The notes below the pieces were generated by a model. That model did no database searches and was not told the origin of the DNA. It saw only the letters and a list, made by a program, of their open reading frames with translations. A stretch of 47,599 nucleotides of DNA from contig NC_068986.1 of assembly GCF_001194135.2 (NCBI RefSeq), positions 82,431,553-82,479,151 on the forward strand. The letters are read 5' to 3'. Origin of the DNA: Octopus bimaculoides (Eukaryota). Shown here piece by piece: positions 12,880 to 25,395 of this stretch; the first letter of the stretch is position 1, and each line of letters starts with the position of its first letter. A program made the translations under genes and the position numbers.

Positions 12880-13140
12880 GATATAAGAATTTATTTTATT
12901 AAGAATAGCCTTTGAGCAATCTTATAGTTCCCGTACTCTGTCCTGTAGGTTTGATGGTGATAGTAAAATTCAGGTTGTGATGTCTCTTCATATGTTTCCT
13001 AACTCCGAATGATGCGTTCTTTATTGCAGATGTGCAGTTTGTGAATGATGCTGCCGACATAAGATCTACCACATTTATTACAGGCTATGTAGTACACCAT
13101 GTGAGGCCATAAACACATCTCCACATTGTTGTTAGAGCAG
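12880..13140 (-). pseudogene. Penelope-like element GIY-YIG endonuclease remnant
   Basis: Minus-strand translation MVYYIACNKCGRSYVGSIIHKLHICNKE matches the VY.I.C..C...YVG.T...L..R..EH pattern; stops follow downstream. Confidence 0.75.
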
Positions 13141-13955
13141 TAGCCAGTGGTCATACATCATTGCTGCGTGTCAACCGATTCCCTGATAGACATATTAACA
13201 GGAACGATCCAGAGGGCGCCACTGTAGATTTACTTCCTACTTAGCGATCACCTGGCAAATAGTAACAAAGATTCTACCATGAAATTGCAGCTACTCTGAA
13301 AAGCAAGTTTTATAGAGATGTAATTTCATATATTGTGGAAGCTTATTGCTTGGCTGATGCCTGGTAAATGTTGCTGGATGGCTGTTAACTTTCAGCATTC
13401 ATTGGAAGGGCTTGGTTTTGATAGTTCAATCCTTTACATCATGCATTTTCTTTTACCCAAAGCCAGGAACTTTTCAGCACCCTCTCGTGTATATATAATA
13501 TAATATATATGAGAGGTATTGGTAGACCCAAAGAGTGGCAGGTAACGCTAATTAAGTGCTATGGACAGACCGTAGTTAAACTTTTGGTTCGATAGTGATA
13601 CGAGTGAGGAGTCTAATGTAGGCCTTGTATTAGCATGCATATATATGTGTATTTGTCTAATATATATATATATTCATACATATACATACAAATATATAAT
13701 TACAGTTTGGAACCAGTCAAAACATATTGCTCCGAGTTTTAAATAAACTCCAGCGAGAGTTCCTATACATATGAATCAAATCTTTAATATCACTAGGTTT
13801 AAAAGCATTAGACATATCCTAACTTGATTTGAACAACTTACTGAGATCAGGTCAAGATATGTCTGTCGGAGTGAGGTGTATTTCGATTTAAGTTCGTATA
13901 GGATATATCTCTCGATTTAAAATAATGCCTGAAAGAACTGAATCCCGTTATTTCA

Positions 13956-13964
<9 letters not shown>

Positions 13965-14006
<42 letters not shown>
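13965..14006. repeat. (GATA)n microsatellite at a SINE tail
   Basis: Directly visible. Confidence 0.95.
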
Positions 14007-14008
<2 letters not shown>

Positions 14009-14013
14009 GATAC

Positions 14014-14290
14014 TCCGTCAGTTACGACGACGAGGTTGGTTTTCAGTTGATCCGATCAATGAAACAACCTGCTCGTGAATTTAACGTGCAAGTAGTTGAG
14101 CACTCCACAAATGTGCGTACCCTTAACGTAGTTCTCAGTGTGATTCAGTGTGACACAGAATGTGAGAAGGCTGGCCCTTTGAATTACCTGACAACTCATG
14201 TTTGCCAGTAGATTGGACCGGAGCAAGGTGAATTAAAGTGTCTTGCTCAAAGACACAACGCGCTGCCGGAAATCGATCTCACGACTTTAC
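14014..14290 (-). mobile_element. SINE family B with CORE-like central domain, head truncated
   Basis: 3' part shared with 18363-18538; gtgtcttgctcaaagacacaac (14238-14259) resembles the CORE-SINE signature (from recall). Confidence 0.8.
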
Positions 14291-14738
14291 TAAAGCAACG
14301 CGTCCAAATAGGGGTCGATGCAATGAGCAGCGAAAAGAGATGAGCTTGTTATAATTGAGTAAAACCCTTTAATGGTGTTGTCACAATATGATGTTTCATT
14401 CCTGTAAATATAATTTAAAATATTTTGTAAGGTTATTGATTAATATGGCAATGGATCAGCAACATATAATTAATTGATAAGAAATTTTAAGGGAGAGATA
14501 TAGTGAGATACTGCCAAAGAGGTGGTACCCTTCTAGCTTATTATAGTCTGGTAGAGATAAACGGTCATTCAACTCCGTGTTAAGATAGAAACTTACAGCA
14601 ACAGAATATCCTGTAGATTTACATAACAATGTTATTTTCTTTGTTTTCACACATCTTTTATCTTCACGTTTCACTTGTTTCAGTTATTTTAGTACGCCCA
14701 TGCTTGAGATTTTAGGATTTTAGTCGAACAGCACTTGA

Positions 14739-14739
<1 letters not shown>

Positions 14740-14812
<73 letters not shown>

Positions 14813-14876
14813 ACTCTCTCTCTCTCTCTTTCTCTCTCTCTCACTCTCTCTCTCTCTCACTTTCTCNNNNNNNNNN

Positions 14877-14941
<65 letters not shown>
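14740..14941. repeat. (TC)n microsatellite with a small gap
   Basis: Directly visible. Confidence 0.97.
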
Positions 14942-14944
<3 letters not shown>

Positions 14945-14966
14945 TTTTTTTGATTACAATTGCCAG

Positions 14967-15016
14967 GTCCAGAGGAAGGAGTAGCACTCATGACTTTCGT
15001 AGGGCCTCCAAGAACG
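14967..15016 (+). CDS. Candidate 50-nt internal exon of an unidentified host gene
   Basis: Pyrimidine tract plus ttgccag acceptor and ACG|gtgaga donor; GC-richer than its flanks; open in two frames (SRGRSSTHDFRRASKN or PEEGVALMTFVGPPRT). No homology recognised. Confidence 0.4.
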
Positions 15017-15499
15017 GTGAGATGTTAACTTCCGTTTAATGCGTTACATATTTGTATCTTCAAGAAAGTGATGTAGCTGTTGTTATTGCTTTTGTTATTG
15101 TTGGAATTCCGGTCAACCCTAATTCAATGTTTTTGATGTTGTTTTTTTTTTTTAGATACTACGGATGGATTTGATGGACAGTGAGCAGCTATTTGAGATA
15201 AGTTCATTGACTACATAGGAGTTTTCTCATTATTGTAAAGTCACTCTAACTCATTGCACAGCGTGCAAGGTCTACCATCTCCCAAACAGCAATCGATTCT
15301 TGTGATCTCTGGCCAAATCTATCATCTCCCAAACTACTATTGATTTATTATGTACACTGTTTACAGCCGACATAAGACATCAATGGAAGATTATTACCCT
15401 TAAAAATTTCGCTCTCTCACTGCCTACGGGCTTAGCGTTGTGGATAAAGGCATTGATTAACGCTGTACACTCACCTAGAGGCTCTGAATTCTAATCTCA

Positions 15500-15650
15500 G
15501 GCAAAGTGAGTCACAAGACACCTGAAGAAGGCTAGCGCGCACAGCAGCCGAAGCGTAGTGAAAGGAACAATCATGATGAGGACACCGCTCGAACTAATAT
15601 AATCAGTGTACATAACACAAATTCCTCGTCTCAGAAATATAGAATTGTAT
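15500..15650 (+). mobile_element. Old copy of the PLE pseudo-LTR family seen at 7.1-7.8 kb, with decayed hammerhead (15517-15560)
   Basis: gacac-CTGAAGA-a-ggctag...cagcc-GAAGC-gta-gtg, followed by gatgaggac...aattcctcgtctcagaaatatagaattgta as at 7.7 kb. Confidence 0.7.
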
Positions 15651-15899
15651 TATACATTCAATTTTTTTTTTGTTTTTGTTACGATCCGAGTGGTTCTCCA
15701 CTAACTTTTCACAACAGCAAGCCCATCAAACCACATCCGTGATTGATCCGTAACTGATTTTGTGGAGTAAAAATTATTCCGTATTTGCTGTCCGATTGTT
15801 ATTCAAATTTATATTAAATACACGCAAAAATAAAATTCCACCGAAACTTGCTTTCTGATTAAAACTTGCTTTCTTTATTTCAGCAACCTCCCCGTAAGA

Positions 15900-16540
15900 T
15901 ATACATATACGCTGAGTGTGAAAACTCCTCCGGCGATCTCAAGTCAATAAAGCATTTGATGGTAATAGATGACAGTGTATCATCCATTACCATCAAACGC
16001 TGCACGCCAGAGTTAACACCAATTCTCTCTCTCACCTTCTCGCTTTCTTTCTTTCTCTTTCTTATGAGATCCACCAGTATATTCTATTTTACAAGAAAAG
16101 AAGCTTCTTAGATCCAACTATCTTTCGAGTCATCGATCTCACTTCCAATATCTCAAAAGTGATAGAAATAAATGTTAACAATAACCTTTTACAACACCTT
16201 ATGTTCCGCTACCTCTAAAATGGCAAGCAGCACATCTTGTGTCGAGCCAGGTTCCTGGGACCTTCTCCTCTCTATCAATTACCTTTCATCTCTCTCCCGT
16301 AAGAAATTTGACCTAAAACATGTTATTTCACTTGATATCAGCAGCAAAGTATACCGTATCTGTCATTGGAATTTTCTGACTAAGCTATCTACTTTTGGGC
16401 ACTGCCGGCCATTTAGATCTGAAGCTTCTTCTCAGATATATCATCACGATACGTGTGATGGTGAGGCCCTTTATGATCCATGTTGTGTGAATTCTAGTGT
16501 GCTTAAGGTTCGATTATGTCACCTACATCTTCCTGCAGCA
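15900..16540 (+). pseudogene. Decayed APE-type LINE reverse transcriptase (CR1/L2/Jockey-like)
   Basis: DDSVSSITIKRCTPELTPIL, DPTIFRVIDLTSNISKVIE (compare YRPISLTS..SKVME), HVISLDISSKVYRICH (compare LDISKAFDRV.H) and a frameshifted VNSGVPQGS-like segment. Confidence 0.7.
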
Positions 16541-16617
16541 CAATTAACACCTACTCACTGTCACTTATAATAATGCTCACACATACACAGCCGATACCAC
16601 TCTTCATTCCTCTCTAC

Positions 16618-16678
<61 letters not shown>

Positions 16679-18058
16679 ATCGACATATTAGTTGAATACT
16701 TCATGTGAAACCTAAACTGAAATCTCCAAAACGTTCCCCAATAGGAAGATGATATTCGTGTCTCCATTAACATCTGAAAGTCATTATCACTGCATGTATA
16801 AAAGAAACAATACTGTACGGCACCCTGGCATTATCAAAGTCGCTACCAATGCTGTTTCTCATACTGGCTAATAATGTCCAAGCATGTCCAAGTGATTTCT
16901 TCTTCCTAACATTGAAAATATTGCATCCATATGGCGAAGTCTTAGTTATGTCAGGAATCCCAATCGCTTACACTTCATTGCACTGGAAATACTTCAGTTC
17001 CGAACTGTTTTTGATTCTCTTAAATATGTAAATGACACTACAAAGACGCCTAAATTGGCACCAGTAACTGAGACATCGTTGCTGCAGCTCACGTGGAAAG
17101 AAACTGGGTGCAAAGAGTAGGATATACCCGGGTGTTTCTATAATTGGAGATAAAAGTCGGTAGCGTTTGAATAATGGAAGATGTGACATCGAGACCACTT
17201 ACCTTGTTGTTGTTACTGTTGTTGTTGTTGTCGTCGTCCTCGTCGTCATCGTATAAAATAATACTTGATCCAGCAGTAAAAGGAATTTCATTCTTCTCTC
17301 CTTTTAAAAACAGTAGTTCGAGGAAGATTTTTGGTATTAGTGATTTCATCGTTGATTCGGATTAAGATTCCATACATTCCATGTGTTTCCTTCACTCTCT
17401 GTATGCTAACGTCTGTCAGGGTATGCGATTACTTATTTTTAAAAGATAGACTATTCTGGGGTAAGTTTCATGGTAGTTGGATTGGATTCTGATATATAGA
17501 CTTCGTGGCTTCAAAATTACAATTTCGTCTGTATAAATGTGAGTTGGCCCAAGTGGAACCAGGAGAAAGGCGAACAACCGGGGTGTTTGGAGTAAGCTCG
17601 ATACTCATTGTTCTAACAGCACTGGAGGATCTAAGGGAGCTAAATTTTATGTATATTGTGGAAATGTATATTTATGGTGACTATTTAGAGAAGAGTTCTG
17701 TCAATTTCTGCGAATTCTCTGTTGAAATTGTCTTTAAATACTTCAGAATCAAGATGCTGAGATAAAGAAGCAATTACAGATACACTAATTTATAATATTC
17801 ATACTGGAATTTTCCAAAACATATTTACACGTCTCAAGAAAATAAATTTGTTGATGTTGTTTTGGATTAATTATAAAAGGAGTTATTCTCTGAGCATCCA
17901 GAACTTCAATTTTAAACGTTGGTATTGTTACCAACCTCAGTTATAATGGACCCTTCCGTGCCGTAGCCAGCCTTCTGGCGTAATGGACTCTACTGTTGTA
18001 ACCAATAGTTATAGATTTTTATCTCCAGATTATTCATCTACACTTTTACGCTTTCGAC

Positions 18059-18255
18059 TTAAAACGACTGAAATTCAAATTAAAACAACAAATTAAACTA
18101 AACGAATTTCACATTAAAACAAATGAACCTCGAAGTAAAACAACTGAACTATGATTTAAATTGTATGAACTTTAATCTAAATCAGATGAATTTTTACTTA
18201 AAACAACTTAATATCAATTTAAAATATATGAAAGTCAAATTAAAATAACTAATGT
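18059..18255 (+). repeat. Degenerate 21-bp tandem array (ttaaaacaactgaaattcaaa-like)
   Basis: Successive 21-nt units such as ttaaaacaaatgaacctcgaa, gtaaaacaactgaactatgat and ttaaaatatatgaaagtcaaa. Confidence 0.8.
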
Positions 18256-18362
18256 GAGGTCAAAAAAAATAATGTACGATTTAAAGCACATTTTATTCCG
18301 TCGTGATCAGTTTCAGGCTGGTAGTGTGGGGTCGTTATTTCACACCCAATTAATGTTGGCAC

Positions 18363-18710
18363 TTCGTCGGTTACGACGACGAGTGTTCCAGTTGATCCGA
18401 TCAACGGAACAGCCTGCTCGTGAAATTAACGTGCAAGTGGCTGAGCACTACACAGACACGTGTACCCTTAACGTAGTTCTCGGAGAGATTCAGCGAGACA
18501 CAGAGTGTGACAAGGCTGGCCCTTTGAAATACAGGTACGACAGAAACAGGAAGAAAGAGTGAGAGAAAGTTGTGGTGAAAGAGTACAGCAGGGTTCACCA
18601 CCACCCTCTACCGGAGCCTCGTGGAGCTTTAGGTGTTTTCGCTCAATAAACACTCACAACTCAAAGACCGCGAGTCCGCTGCCCTAACCACTGGGCCATT
18701 GCGCCTCCAC
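18363..18710 (-). mobile_element. SINE family B variant (tRNA-like head with deletion, different central domain)
   Basis: Reverse-complement head gtggaggcgcaatggcccagtggttagggcagcggactcgcgg; 3' part shared with 14014-14187. Confidence 0.85.
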
Positions 18711-19140
18711 ACATCCAATTAATAATTAATGTGTAATTAAATATTTCGCATAAATAAGTTTTAAGTCTTTAGAAATAGAAAAACAATAAAAACTGTACTT
18801 CTTGTTTGCGTGATTGAATAAGATAGGGTAGGCATGTGTGTATAGTAGACGCCTCAGCACGTCTCCGTTTCTAAAGATGGCGGAGGCGGGGGACATTCTT
18901 GCTAAATATCAGTATAACCAACGAAGGTACTTTATGAGGTAATTCGAACTGTTAGAAATAGCAGCCGAATCTTCAAATTTTACCCTTCCAACTTAAATGT
19001 GGATGGGTGTACCGGATAGTCTAATTAGTAATTTCGGCATTAAAGTTCGCACCTTTCTATTTCTTTATGAAGAAATTTCATTCCCAAAATTTTTGATCTC
19101 ATATATTTTATGTTAACATGTTTGTTTAAATAAAAAGTTG

Positions 19141-19236
19141 CTCTATTTTGAATTGACTTTCATATATTTTGAATTGATATTCACTCGTTTTGAATAAAAA
19201 TTCATATCATTTAAATTAAAGTTCAAAAATTTAAAA
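19141..19236 (-). repeat. Inverted copy of the 21-bp array, running into a gap
   Basis: Reverse complement aligns colinearly with about 18154-18250 (roughly 80% identity by eye). Confidence 0.8.
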
Positions 19237-19994
19237 NNNNNNNNNNNNNNNNNNNNNNNNNNNNNNNNNNNNNNNNNNNNNNNNNNNNNNNNNNNNNNNN
19301 NNNNNNNNNNNNNNNNNNNNNNNNNNNNNNNNNNNNNNNNNNNNNNNNNNNNNNNNNNNNNNNNNNNNNNNNNNNNNNNNNNNNNNNNNNNNNNNNNNNN
19401 NNNNNNNNNNNNNNNNNNNNNNNNNNNNNNNNNNNNNNNNNNNNNNNNNNNNNNNNNNNNNNNNNNNNNNNNNNNNNNNNNNNNNNNNNNNNNNNNNNNN
19501 NNNNNNNNNNNNNNNNNNNNNNNNNNNNNNNNNNNNNNNNNNNNNNNNNNNNNNNNNNNNNNNNNNNNNNNNNNNNNNNNNNNNNNNNNNNNNNNNNNNN
19601 NNNNNNNNNNNNNNNNNNNNNNNNNNNNNNNNNNNNNNNNNNNNNNNNNNNNNNNNNNNNNNNNNNNNNNNNNNNNNNNNNNNNNNNNNNNNNNNNNNNN
19701 NNNNNNNNNNNNNNNNNNNNNNNNNNNNNNNNNNNNNNNNNNNNNNNNNNNNNNNNNNNNNNNNNNNNNNNNNNNNNNNNNNNNNNNNNNNNNNNNNNNN
19801 NNNNNNNNNNNNNNNNNNNNNNNNNNNNNNNNNNNNNNNNNNNNNNNNNNNNNNNNNNNNNNNNNNNNNNNNNNNNNNNNNNNNNNNNNNNNNNNNNNNN
19901 NNNNNNNNNNNNNNNNNNNNNNNNNNNNNNNNNNNNNNNNNNNNNNNNNNNNNNNNNNNNNNNNNNNNNNNNNNNNNNNNNNNNNNNNNNNNNN

Positions 19995-20040
<46 letters not shown>

Positions 20041-21089
20041 GTCGGATATTTTCTAATGCCCCCGCTTCACAACATATATCTTCCAGTGTAAGCAACCAAC
20101 TACTGTCTTTTGTCTAAATAAGCTATTACTGCGTATCATAAAACCACACCATAATTTATCGTATATCAACGTCTGCTCAAACATCATTTAATGTCTACTG
20201 TAATAGGTTAGAAATAGTTCCAGACAGAAGTATGTCACCGCTGTATTTTTTCTACTCTTCTGCTTTCATGAGGATGTTTTCTCATAGTGAAGTCTGCGTT
20301 TTATTCATAGTCATCTTGATTTTTGGAGGTGGTTCCATGATTATGCTAATATTTACGGTCTTATTGGACGAGCTTTTATTATTTCAAATTGAGTATTTAC
20401 GTAAGTACTACCTTAGCTTGTAAACTACATTTAGAAGTTTGGCTTTGCTGTGGTTCAAATAGAGCTTTGTCCCATCAGTTAGCGATTTTTTTTTTATCTA
20501 TTCTCAGTTTCTGTTGATAATTCCACAATGAATCAGCTTTCTGTACGTAGGAAAAATGTTTATGTTGAGAAGGAATTTTCCACTTTTCCATTCTTCCAAC
20601 TTTTTTTTTCCACTTAATTTGAGGATTCATTCCCTTGTGACCCTGTAAAAGACTGCATTGTAATCAATCCGTATTGAATATAGATTAGAATTTGCTGTAA
20701 TACATAAAAATGATATAATTGATCCTCATTAGAGTTAATTAATATTGTTTTTTTCTCTCTTATTATTCTTATGTTATTTATTACTTACGAATACATTGAG
20801 TTTCGCAGTATAAAATCCCTGGTCTTAAAGAGGATGGCGATAGGTATAGAATAAGGGGGTGAGGTGATCTGCGATTTCTTTCTTCTATCATATCATAGCC
20901 AGCCATTATTCGTAGGTGTATGTGATTTGATAACATGTACCATGCTTTCGTTAACTTTTATAAGTGCCTATGTCATCGTGGGCAAAAAGAAAAAAAAACT
21001 CGGTCCCTCAGCCATGCTCTAATGGAACATCGGGAATATGACGGTTGGAATGAGAGAGGACATCCTGTATCTGCATGGTACTCATTACA

Positions 21090-21210
21090 ACTGATTAGAA
21101 TGAAGAAACGTGAAAAGACGTGTCTTGCTCAAGGACTCAACGTACTGTCCGATCGATGATCCTTTAATTATGAGCCCAATATCCCGATCACTAGGCCACA
21201 TGCCCTCACG
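21090..21210 (-). mobile_element. Degenerate CORE-like SINE fragment
   Basis: gtgtcttgctcaaggactcaac plus a degenerate tRNA-like head (cactaggccacatgccct). Confidence 0.6.
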
Positions 21211-22532
21211 AGTTTACGTTATATTAGAAACGTAACATTCAGTACAAGCTAGTCTGGAATTGACGCGAGATCTTTAAACTTAGTAATGTTGAATTTTATA
21301 AATTAATGTAGAACGAAAAGTATAAAACGTTTGCCATTTTCATTGGTTTCGTCGTTCTTTACCTTGAATAGTCAACACATCTCTTCTATTTCCCTCTTCA
21401 AATTCAACATCTTATTTTCACCAAGTTACCCAAGTATTTCATTAAGATTTCTGAAACTCTGTGTGTGTGTGTGTGTGTGTGAGTGAGAGAGAGAGAGAGA
21501 GAGAGAGCGCGCATGTAGCTGGAGGACAAATTACTGTACTTCTTTTTTTCCTCTCTGTAAAATGTCTTCCTTCTCTTCTCAGAACTCTTTGTATTTATTT
21601 TTCTGATTCAGTTGTCATTAACTTTGGCTTTGTTATTTCAACTGTTCTTCAACTACTTCTAAAATAATATTTATCTTTTAAATTTCGCAAATTTATTCTA
21701 TTCTTTGTAGGAGTTTTGAAATTAACATATCAGGTACGTATATATCTTCACCGTTGAATTTTGTGATTTCTCTACTTGCCCAATTCAACTCCTTATTTTT
21801 CCCATACCAGATTGTATTTGTCATCCTTTCCCAAACGACTAAACATTCATTATGTTTCCTGTTATATCCGCCCATCTGTAGTCGGTGTAATAACCACCAT
21901 CGGTGCCTTGGGTTGTATTTAATCGACTACTCCTCTTCTTTACAAAAAGCTGCCTTGTCTGATCAACATATCTATGACACAGGGTAACACGATTTTTGTC
22001 CTTGGGTAGTAACCGTTATTTCCTATTTGCTTACCCTTATAAAGTATGAAAAATAGCTATTTCCCTCAAATTTTACTCTGGTCACACTCATTCAAACCCT
22101 CAAAGAATCGCTCTCACTACATGGCTATGATGCTCCTCTAATACCTCTACTCATCATCAGATATGTACATATTGTCAGCCACTAAGGGACATGCTCAAGT
22201 AGTTAAGGTCAAGTAACTGTCAAGCAAATCTGTGGTATTGACCGAAATATTTGCTCTAACAATATTTCTGCTTCAGCGACTCGGTGTTGAATCTGTCTAA
22301 AAAGTAATGGAAAATAGGTCAGTTTCAAAAGATTGACGCCCCGGTTACAAAAGCAAAGTTTGAAGGGAACAGTAGTCATTTCGTTTCATTTCTTGATAGA
22401 AGCAAATAGAAAATGACACTTACTGCCCAAAGACGAAAAAATTGTTACAGAAGGTAATAAACGTAGAATCGAATGAGCATCGGATGAAATGTTTTGTGCT
22501 GCTTAGTTACATAGCTTTACTTCTCATTTCAG

Positions 22533-22551
22533 ACACTATCGACGGCAACAG
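22533..22551 (+). CDS. Candidate 19-nt microexon
   Basis: ctttacttctcatttcag|acactatcgacggcaacag|gtatct; frame-compatible with the 14967-15016 exon. Confidence 0.25.
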
Positions 22552-23329
22552 GTATCTGTTACATACTGAGACTGAGCTTTATCAAATTAGAATTGACAGA
22601 GAACAATTCTATTTTAGAATGATTTATCAATTTTAAAATTACGTCTTATTTTTTGTTGTTGTTGTTTTGTTTTTGCTTCTAAGGAGGGTCATAATGATTC
22701 ACACGCGCTGATCCTACTTCACTTTTTTTAGTCTACTAGCTAACCATTTAACCAAATAACTAATCGATTGTTTGACTAATCGTTCGGTCAATCAATCACT
22801 CAGCTAGGTTTGCCAAAGACATTTCGTCGCCATTCGCGACCTCATCTATGACATTAGTGATAGTTTATTATTGACATACTGACTCTCTAGAGATACAACA
22901 AAATCCGTTTCAACACATGAATTTAAATAAAAAAATCTTGAAAATGAAATTACATTTCTTAGAACAATTTTTAGTAACAAAGGAATCAGTCAAAACTTTG
23001 ATTAAGTCAGCTTTCTTCAGATTTATAGAAACTTCACTGCTTCTATCAATGCAGCTAGTTGACTAACTTGAATGTATTTCTTTCTTCATAAACTTGTTTT
23101 TGTTTCTTTATCCGTCACATTATAAGCGTCTAAACTAAAAATATCACTCAGATAAAGTAACTCCAACTTGATAAACTACTTATGTAAACATAATGACTAC
23201 ATTTATCAGACTAAATGCTATGTTTAACTATTTTCTCTGAAGAACTTTTCAGTCTATCTCCAAAACATATCTTCAACCATATATGCACTCAGATGGAATT
23301 AACTTATCGTCCAATTATCGAAAGGGTAA

Positions 23330-23650
23330 CTATTTTGCTTCACAATAACGCAATTCCGGGTTCCATTTCATTATGCATCTCCTTATAAATGGTATTTGGT
23401 CGACGGAAACAGTACCAAAGCCCGTCAAATGTATATGATTGTTGCGCATGCGACTATATTGGTTTACACCGTTTATAAAACGCTGAAAGCTTGGCTTGTG
23501 TAATTTTATGACCAGTAACTTAGCAGTTCGACCACCAGGTCGATAAAATAATCACAAGACTGAAATAAGTACTATAGCATGATCGACTTAAACCTTGAAG
23601 TCGATGCCCCAGCATGACCGAAGCCCCAATGACTGAAACCAGTAAATAGA
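23330..23650 (+). mobile_element. Degenerate SINE family C
   Basis: ccgggttcc head remnant, ggtcgacggaaac, and tail gccccagcatgacc...tgactgaaaccagtaaa; the tail is shared with 24390-24565. Confidence 0.55.
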
Positions 23651-23957
23651 TAAAAGAAATTTTTTTAGCAATTATTGCAATTTCCAGTTTTAATAGAATT
23701 ACTTTTATCAAAAGACAACAATTCAAAGATGAGAATGAGTGCTTTGCCATTTCTAGGAGAAACAATGCAGACTTTAATTTGTAGTTAGCTGTGTGAGATG
23801 TCTCGGTGTATTTTTAGTTTGTTGTGTTGGTTTGTTTATTTTATTAATCCACTTCTCTGATAAGACATGCGTTTCATATTTAGCATCGAAATTGCTTTAA
23901 ATTTAGTGTTTTACATTGAAAATCTAAAGTCGTTTGCATGACATTTTACGCTAAATA

Positions 23958-24171
23958 ATGGTTTCTAATTTAGTTACAAGAGCAGCAAATTTGTGGAAGA
24001 GGTTTAATCGATTACATCCACTGTAGTTCTTAACTGGTAATTCATGAACCCCAAAACGGTAAAAGTCAAAGTTAACTTTTTGTGATTTGAATTCAGAATA
24101 TAAAGAGCCGGAACAAAAGCGGCAAAGCAGTTTTACCGATACTCTAACGAATCTGCCAGTCCGTTGCCTTT
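23958..24171 (-). mobile_element. Old SINE family A copy
   Basis: Degenerate head (ctaacgaatctgccag...gcctt), B-box region and tail. Confidence 0.7.
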
Positions 24172-24322
24172 TTATCACGTCGGTATAATATTACAGCGGG
24201 TTTCCTAATATATAATATATATGTATATAACTGGCATGTGTGGAAGTGAAGCCTTACGGCAGGGACATAAGAGATGACAGTCATGGGAAGGAATATAGAT
24301 GTTGCACGGATGGTAACACACA

Positions 24323-24378
<56 letters not shown>

Positions 24379-24389
24379 TGTCTTTGTTT

Positions 24390-24565
24390 TTGTTCTCTCC
24401 GCCACTTGACAACCGGTGTTTGTTTACGCCTCCGTAACCTGACGGTTTGGCAAAATAAATTGATAGAATAAGTACGAGACTTTAAAATGAATAAGTACTG
24501 AGGTCGATTGTTTTCAACTATACCCCAGCATGGCTGCAGCCCAGTGGCTGAAACAAGTAAAAGAT
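24390..24565 (+). mobile_element. SINE family C 3' half, preceded by (TG)n
   Basis: cttgacaaccggtg...tttacg...cgtaac...gatagaataagtac...ccccagcatggc...ctgaaacaagtaaaag. Confidence 0.7.
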
Positions 24566-25316
24566 AATCTGAATATATTATTTTTATCTTTTGCTCAACA
24601 GACTGACTGGATATCTATCTTCTTGAAAAACTTTTGAGTTTTCTTCGTGTTTGAAATTAAAATAAAATCATTTTACTTATTGATCACTTGTAAAATAACT
24701 TTTTCATCTATATCAGTGTCTGAATTTCTTCTATATAAAATTGCATTTAAAATATATCCAGTAGATACTGTATAATGTATATATATACTTATTTTTTAAA
24801 TAAGAATTTTTTCAACAATGTTTCTTTCCAGCTTTTAATTCGTGTTTTTCTGTTTATTTGTTTATTTTTTTGGAAAAAAAAACGTGAAATAAAAATTGCA
24901 ATGAGACACTTATTCCTAGCACAGAAACTTCGATGCTATTAACTTTAAAGACTTTACATTTTTTTTATTTTCTATTTAAGATGTTTTATAATATTTGTTA
25001 AACATTCCTAAGATATTGTTTGCAACCTCAGCATCAATTTTGTGACCACTTCAGCTTCTTGCAATCTTTGATGTAAGACATACGACGTGTGTAACAGAAA
25101 ATCTCTAATATTTTAGTGAACACTCACCGATAGTATATACACGGCTTTCGCGAATAAGTAGAAGTATATTTCGCTACTTTTGAGAAGAGGAATATCAATT
25201 GGTTATTATAACTGTCAGAAATTTACGAAATACAGATTACAGTACGGAAAACTGTTTTTCAACACCAAAGTATTTTTCTCATTCTCATTCTTTTTCTCTT
25301 TCTCTCCTTCTGTACG

Positions 25317-25395
<79 letters not shown>

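Noticed and set aside
13206-13220. CTCF-like motif gatccagagggcgc (and YY1-like aagatggcgg at 18874-18883)
   Set aside because: Single partial motif matches are expected by chance in 47 kb.
14995-15016. GPPRT similarity to UBE2V/MMS2
   Set aside because: Only five residues match; the preceding sequence differs from the conserved WTGMII.
16900-17800. Possible RT-like remnant on the minus strand (RHMDAIF)
   Set aside because: One weak motif only; could not be supported by eye.
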